Virus record (IMG/VR): IMGVR_UViG_3300043409_001491
Span: 1-64,000 of that record
Strand: one strand, 5' to 3'
Source: a virus
Length of the DNA: 64,000 nt
Below are positions 58,416 through 64,000 of the stretch, piece by piece (the stretch's first letter is position 1; each line of letters opens with the position of its first letter). The position numbers and the translations under genes are program-made. The notes under the pieces were generated by a model. The model saw only the letters and a list, made by a program, of their open reading frames with translations. It searched no databases and was not told where the DNA came from.

Positions 58416-60446
58416 ATGTCAGATGTTTTTTCGTTTCGCTTGCTAGAAGATTTTGTAAATAAATATAACAATGTTCCAGCACCCTTTGGTTTCTCAGATG
58501 CTGGATCTAACTCTTTGGGAGAGGTTACATTTATACGCACATACTCACGCATGAAGGAAGACGGTACAAAAGAACGTTGGCACGAAGTTTGTCGTCGTGT
58601 AATTGAGGGTATGTATTCAGTACAAAAAAACCATGCTAAAGATAATCGTCTACCATGGAATGATAACAAGGCTCAGAAATCTGCACAAGAGGCATTCCAA
58701 AGAATGTTTGAATTAAAGTGGACACCACCAGGCCGTGGTCTATGGGCATTTGGAACTCCTATGACTATGGAGAAACGTAATTCTGCTTCCCTTCAAAATT
58801 GTGCAATGGTTTCAACTCGTGACATTGATCGCAATGATCCAGGTGCTTTATTTGCTTGGGTAATGGATGCATTAATGCTGGGTATTGGGGTTGGATTTGA
58901 TACCCTTGGAAAAGACAAGCAGATGTCAATTTATGCACCTACAGAGCCAGCAATAGTTTATGAGATACCAGATACTCGTGAGGGTTGGGTTGAATCTGTT
59001 AGACTTTTAATAAATTCATACCTTCGTCAAAACCAGCCTATTCAAGAGTTTAACTATGACCTTATCCGTCCTCTAGGAGCACCCATTAAAGGCTTTGGAG
59101 GGGTTGCCAGCGGTCCAGCACCATTAATTGAACTACATATACGTATTAGAAATGTAATTGGCTCTAGAGCAGGGCAAGAATTTGATTCTCGTGCAATAGT
59201 AGACATTGTTAATCTTATTGGTACCTGTGTTGTTTCTGGAAATGTTCGTCGTTCTGCTACCCTTGCACTTGGGGCACCAGAAGATGAAGGTTTTATTAAT
59301 TTAAAAAATCCAGAAGTATTCCCAGAACGTAACTCCTATGATCCAGAAAAACCAGGATGGGCTTGGATGTCTAATAATTCTATTTCAGCAACAGTTGGAA
59401 CAAAATATGAAGACTATGTAGATTTAATTGCAGACAATGGAGAGCCAGGATTTATTTGGTTAGATGTTGCAAGAGAATACGGAAGATTAAAAGATGCACC
59501 AGATTATAAAGATTCAAGAATTATGGGATTTAATCCATGCGCTGAGCAACCCTTAGAGTCTTATGAATTATGCACACTAGTAGAAGTTCATTTAAACCGT
59601 CACGAATCTAAAGAAGATTTTTTGCGTACACTTAAGTTTGCATATCTTTACGGAAAAACCGTTACTCTTATGCCTACACACTGGCCACAAACAAATGGCA
59701 TTATGCAACGTAATCGTCGCATTGGCACATCTCTTACTGGTATTGCATCTTTTGCAGATACTAGCGGTCTTCCAGCATTGCGTGAGTGGATGGATGAGGG
59801 ATATACTAAAATTCGTCACTATGATCATAAATATTCAGAGTGGCTTTGTGTTCGTGAATCAGTTCGTGTAACTACCGTCAAACCTTCAGGATCTGTTTCT
59901 CTTCTATCAGGTGCAACTCCTGGAGTTCACTGGGGACCTGGTGGAGAATTTTATCTTCGTGCTATTCGTTTCGGTAATACCGATCCAATGATGTATTTAT
60001 TTAAAGCAGCGGGATATAAAATTGAAGACGATGTTGTATCAGCAAATACCTCAGTGGTTTATTTCCCAGTTGCATCAGGACACAAACGTTCTGAAAAGCA
60101 GGTTAGTTTATTTGAAAAAATTGGTTTGGCAGCAACAGCCCAAAAGTATTGGTCTGATAATGGCGTTTCCGTTACTCTTTCATTTGATAAAGAAGAAGAG
60201 ACAAAGTTTATTGCTCCAGCCCTAAACATGTATGAGGGTCAACTAAAGGCAGTCTCATTTCTCCCAATGGGTAACAAGACTTATCTTCAACAGCCATATA
60301 CAGAGATTACAAGAGAAGAGTACAACTCTTACGTTGGGACAATTGGCAAGATTGACTGGTCTGCAATTTATGATGGCAAAGATAATTTAGATGCAGAATC
60401 TGAGAAGTACTGCTCAACAGATGCTTGTGAGATTAAATTATATTAG
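58416..60446 (+). CDS. nrdJ: Class II (adenosylcobalamin-dependent) ribonucleotide reductase
   Basis: PPGRGLW, GNVRRSA, NPCAEQ, TTVKPSG and a C-terminal Cys pair. Confidence 0.92.
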   Translation: MSDVFSFRLLEDFVNKYNNVPAPFGFSDAGSNSLGEVTFIRTYSRMKEDGTKERWHEVCRRVIEGMYSVQKNHAKDNRLPWNDNKAQKSAQEAFQRMFELKWTPPGRGLWAFGTPMTMEKRNSASLQNCAMVSTRDIDRNDPGALFAWVMDALMLGIGVGFDTLGKDKQMSIYAPTEPAIVYEIPDTREGWVESVRLLINSYLRQNQPIQEFNYDLIRPLGAPIKGFGGVASGPAPLIELHIRIRNVIGSRAGQEFDSRAIVDIVNLIGTCVVSGNVRRSATLALGAPEDEGFINLKNPEVFPERNSYDPEKPGWAWMSNNSISATVGTKYEDYVDLIADNGEPGFIWLDVAREYGRLKDAPDYKDSRIMGFNPCAEQPLESYELCTLVEVHLNRHESKEDFLRTLKFAYLYGKTVTLMPTHWPQTNGIMQRNRRIGTSLTGIASFADTSGLPALREWMDEGYTKIRHYDHKYSEWLCVRESVRVTTVKPSGSVSLLSGATPGVHWGPGGEFYLRAIRFGNTDPMMYLFKAAGYKIEDDVVSANTSVVYFPVASGHKRSEKQVSLFEKIGLAATAQKYWSDNGVSVTLSFDKEEETKFIAPALNMYEGQLKAVSFLPMGNKTYLQQPYTEITREEYNSYVGTIGKIDWSAIYDGKDNLDAESEKYCSTDACEIKLY

Positions 60447-60481
60447 GCCGTATCCTGCTATAATAAGGGGATAGGAGAACC

Positions 60482-63400
60482 ATGTCTAACCCATCCAATT
60501 TGTATGCAGAGAAGATCTTTAGTGAACACCCTCTGGTTCTTTGGGCACTAGACGATAAACTTGATTATATAAGTTTAATCTCAGAGGCACAAAGAAATAT
60601 TCTTGGTCTTTGGTCTGCAACAAATTGCACCGCTTACTCTGGCACCTCTTTTGCAGGGGAGCCATTTCCAGCCAGTTATAATACAAAGATTAGATGTACC
60701 GTACCAGTAGGACTAACAAATGAGGCAACATTAATAAGTCCTGACATTATAAATTTTCAAGATCTAGATTCAAGCCTTAAAACATTTTCTATAGGTACTC
60801 ATTTTTATTCAAATAGTCCATACCTTGAATCAGTCTCTATTGGATACGAATACACAGATACAACAACTTCTCAAATAATTCAAAATTTAAAAACATTTCA
60901 AACATCTATATTCCAGCAATGGGGTTTTGTGTCAGAAACATTTCAAATTCCAGATGAAAGTACAGGTTTAAGAATAATCATAAAACTTGTAACAACTGAT
61001 GGAGGGGCTGTTGCAGCAGACTACGAATTTTATTTAAATGGAATAACCCTTGGTCAGTGGTCTGAAGAGTTTAATGTTTCATCTTTAGGTGTTGACTCAC
61101 AGCCTTTCCCAGATGATATCACTTTAGAAACAACAAGCAGAGTTGTTCCTGCATCAGCCTATGGAATTTCATCAGACACTGGCTACTACCTTGTAAACAA
61201 TAAATCCTTGGTTGCAAAAAATACTGGCATCCCACTAGTCTTTGGTGCATCTGGAATTACAAAACTTACACCAAATAATGGTAGTCCGTCAGTTATTTTT
61301 CCTGGAAAAGGATTCTTGCATGAAGTTGGAAGATACAATAACTACACTGTTGAGTTTTGGACAAGAATAAGTTCAGAGTCCACTACGGCTAAAAAAATAT
61401 TTGGTCCAATTGGAAGTAGCGATGGCTTGTATGTAGAAGATGGATTCTTGACACTTTTAATTGGTGAAAGTTTTAATTCTCATTTTGTTTCTGAGTGGTT
61501 TAGGCCAATGTTGATACACATTGCAGTAGTAAATAACAGTGCAGTTGTTATGATAAATGGAGAGCAGGTTATTTCTTTAGATTTTAGCACTGCTTCTATG
61601 AGCCTTCCAGATGGAGTTGATGAAGATTGGGTTGGGTTCTATTCTTATGAAGATGTTACACCAATTGAGATTGATTGTTTTGCCATTTACTCTTATCGCG
61701 TTCCAGATGTTGTTGCAAAAAGAAGATGGGTATATGGTCAGGGAGTCGGATCATCAGAATCAATTGACTCTGCATATTCAGGAACCTCTGCTGCAATTGA
61801 CTATACATTTGCAGACTATACAGCCAACTATACTTATCCAAGTTTTGCACAATGGCAACAGGGAAGTTTTGATAATTTAGCAACTACAGAAAAATACTTA
61901 AAAACCCCAGACTACTCCTTGCCAACAATTTTTACTGGAACAAAAACATTACAAGACATGTACGACGAATCAGAAACACTGTTTGATAACCTTACTAGTG
62001 GAAACATAGGAACTGATTATAGGTTTATATCTTTAAATCCTAATTCGACTTGGGATAATGAAGGAGCCTATATATATTTTACAAACTTTAATGTTTTAAA
62101 TGATCAAGTCGCATCTCTCTATGGAGTTTTTGAAATAGGAAATGAAGGAAGCGGAACAGATCAAGAAGAAAAAATATTATTTAAGGTTTACAGTCAAAGT
62201 ACTGGAAACTATTTTATAGTTAAAGTTGATGGACTTGAGATTGTATACTCTTTAAATTATGGAGGAACCGAAGAAGAAATTTATCGTGTAGAGAATATTT
62301 CTTTAAATGAACCATTTCCAGCAGGGTTTAATATTGAAACACTTGTAGGAGCGTTTGGAGGAAATCTTTCAACATTCTTTGGTAATCAAAACTCTTTAAG
62401 CCTTTATGTTGGAGGCGACAATAATGGAGATAAGACATTTAATGGATACATATATTCAGTTGGATTTTCAACAAAGTCAAATTTAAATTTAATATCAGGT
62501 GTCTTTAATTCTTCTGGCGTTATAGTTAATGAAAATGATACAACATTAAGTGATATAGTAACAGCAGGGCTTTATAATCAAGATGGGGACCTAGTTGATG
62601 CTGAATTTTATAACACTGAATTTTGGGCTTACCTCTACGATGGCGGAACAGTAAAATCAAATTCTACAATTCTACTGGAGCATATGGCAAGTTATACACT
62701 CCTGCCAACATTTTCATATAACAAACTATTCTTAGATATTGGTATTGCTGGTCATTGGGAAGATTATCTGCCGTTGTCTTATTTTGGACAATATGTTGAA
62801 AATGAGGCTGGAAATTCTTTTTATGATTTAGATTTTTTACAGTTTAACTTGGGATATCCATCACCAGATACATTGCTAGAATCAACGGCACAAGGAACAA
62901 TAACTTATGAAGACTTAATGAATAGTTATAAAACACCAGTCAGTAAAACGTATGCTCAACTGCAAAATATAATCCTTACTGGATGGAATAACTATGTAGA
63001 TATGCTAGAAAATTCTTTAAAATATTATGAATACAATACCGAAAATGAATCTATTAGAAGTTATGTAACTTTCCAGTATGTGGATGAAGGTGCAAATGCT
63101 TTGTCAAGTTATTTCACAGAGACTGTTTCTCCACAAGAAAGTTCTGTTATTGATGTGTCCGATTACCCCTCTTGGCAAAGTACAAAGTTTGAAATTATTG
63201 ATAATACATTAGTTTATCCAAGAAAAGATATAGATTTCAATAAACTGGCAGTTGTTTATAGCATTGATTTTAATGTTAGTGGAATAATTAAAAAACCAGT
63301 CATTCTAAAAAAGTTAGAGATTGCCTCTCAATCACTTAATGATAACTCCTTTAATCCAATTGGAACAAGATTCGGTTCTGACCTTTTCCCATACAAGAGG

Positions 63401-64000
63401 TCTGGACTTTACTATGATTATAAATCAAAGAATCCATTTAGCATTTATAAAGGAAGCACACCTTACTTATATACAAACCGTACATCTGGAATCCAGGTTC
63501 GTGGAGATTTTGATTTAAACGAAGATCGTGGTATCTCTATGCCAGTAAATCAGTCTGTTGCAGATAACTATAGAGTAAGCGCCTTTCAATCATGGGTCAA
63601 GTATGAGCAAAGGGTTTTTCCACTAACCCCAATAGCATTATTTGAGGTTGAAAATAAAAATAATACAATTGTATTTTATGTTGTTGCAAATGACAAATTT
63701 GGTAAAAGAGGGGTTGTTTATGCAAAAAACAAAAATGATAACTCTGATTTCAATGAAATTGCATATTTTATAAATGGAAAGGCTGTTCGTGAACCAGTAT
63801 TAACAGTTAAAGAGTGGTCTGTCTTGGGAATTAATTTTACAACAGATTTAAACTTTGACTTGTTCTTAGGCTCTATAAATTTAAAGGGGCCAGCAATCTT
63901 TAATAATATCTCATATTATCAAGCAAATAATCTTCAACAGTTACAATCAAAGATTAATAGACCATGGAACAAGGTTAAGCAAGATGGTGCTATAGATTAT
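60482..64000 (+). CDS. Very large putative virion structural protein (3' truncated)
   Basis: AGGAG RBS; MSNPSNLYAEKIFSEHP... frame appears open to the window end (absent from the track because it has no stop); YTVEFW LamG-like segment. Confidence 0.8.
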   Translation, partial: MSNPSNLYAEKIFSEHPLVLWALDDKLDYISLISEAQRNILGLWSATNCTAYSGTSFAGEPFPASYNTKIRCTVPVGLTNEATLISPDIINFQDLDSSLKTFSIGTHFYSNSPYLESVSIGYEYTDTTTSQIIQNLKTFQTSIFQQWGFVSETFQIPDESTGLRIIIKLVTTDGGAVAADYEFYLNGITLGQWSEEFNVSSLGVDSQPFPDDITLETTSRVVPASAYGISSDTGYYLVNNKSLVAKNTGIPLVFGASGITKLTPNNGSPSVIFPGKGFLHEVGRYNNYTVEFWTRISSESTTAKKIFGPIGSSDGLYVEDGFLTLLIGESFNSHFVSEWFRPMLIHIAVVNNSAVVMINGEQVISLDFSTASMSLPDGVDEDWVGFYSYEDVTPIEIDCFAIYSYRVPDVVAKRRWVYGQGVGSSESIDSAYSGTSAAIDYTFADYTANYTYPSFAQWQQGSFDNLATTEKYLKTPDYSLPTIFTGTKTLQDMYDESETLFDNLTSGNIGTDYRFISLNPNSTWDNEGAYIYFTNFNVLNDQVASLYGVFEIGNEGSGTDQEEKILFKVYSQSTGNYFIVKVDGLEIVYSLNYGGTEEEIYRVENISLNEPFPAGFNIETLVGAFGGNLSTFFGNQNSLSLYVGGDNNGDKTFNGYIYSVGFSTKSNLNLISGVFNSSGVIVNENDTTLSDIVTAGLYNQDGDLVDAEFYNTEFWAYLYDGGTVKSNSTILLEHMASYTLLPTFSYNKLFLDIGIAGHWEDYLPLSYFGQYVENEAGNSFYDLDFLQFNLGYPSPDTLLESTAQGTITYEDLMNSYKTPVSKTYAQLQNIILTGWNNYVDMLENSLKYYEYNTENESIRSYVTFQYVDEGANALSSYFTETVSPQESSVIDVSDYPSWQSTKFEIIDNTLVYPRKDIDFNKLAVVYSIDFNVSGIIKKPVILKKLEIASQSLNDNSFNPIGTRFGSDLFPYKRSGLYYDYKSKNPFSIYKGSTPYLYTNRTSGIQVRGDFDLNEDRGISMPVNQSVADNYRVSAFQSWVKYEQRVFPLTPIALFEVENKNNTIVFYVVANDKFGKRGVVYAKNKNDNSDFNEIAYFINGKAVREPVLTVKEWSVLGINFTTDLNFDLFLGSINLKGPAIFNNISYYQANNLQQLQSKINRPWNKVKQDGAIDY

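Noticed and set aside
58416-60446. Intein or intron in the RNR gene, and an upstream NrdR box or B12 riboswitch
   Set aside because: The ORF is continuous, of ordinary length and without splicing motifs; no convincing palindrome or aptamer upstream
61611-63518. Short track ORFs in the last 3.5 kb
   Set aside because: They lie within a single long + strand frame starting at 60482 that runs off the window
1-64000. Stop-codon reassignment
   Set aside because: Recognisable genes are full length in code 11, TAA/TAG/TGA all terminate genes, and no suppressor tRNA was seen

Overview
The window is part of a large, AT-rich tailed dsDNA phage genome. WhiB, leaderless extended -10 promoters and actinobacterial-type operators point to an actinobacterial host; a freshwater acI-like host is an inference only. 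Layout: (i) 1-14.2 kb, + strand: accessory, lysis and metabolic genes (Ntn protease, Hsp20, HNH, CHAP endolysin, sulfotransferase, APS-kinase fusion, thioredoxin, WhiB, GT60-like GlcNAc transferase, holin-like genes) and 2 tRNAs. (ii) 14.2-19.6 kb, - strand: a glycan-synthesis operon and 3 tRNAs. (iii) 19.6-36.6 kb: small early-type genes in promoter-delimited cassettes, whose intergenic DNA is packed with recurrent motifs (DnaA boxes, CRP palindromes, MraZ-like and WhiA-like sites, a TGTCAG-N10-TANNNT promoter, CCCGAG boundary hexamers, a covarying RNA pseudoknot), plus an origin-like region at 23.7-24.7 kb. (iv) 38-64 kb, + strand: virion and tail-fibre genes, a class II ribonucleotide reductase, and a cassette coupling a (Pro-Thr)n protein with prolyl-hydroxylase-like oxygenases, fucosyltransferase-fold enzymes and a GDP-mannose 3,5-epimerase. 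The best candidates for new biology are that glycosylation cassette, the array of host-regulator sites and the repeated pseudoknot RNA. All assignments were made by eye; no database searches were run.
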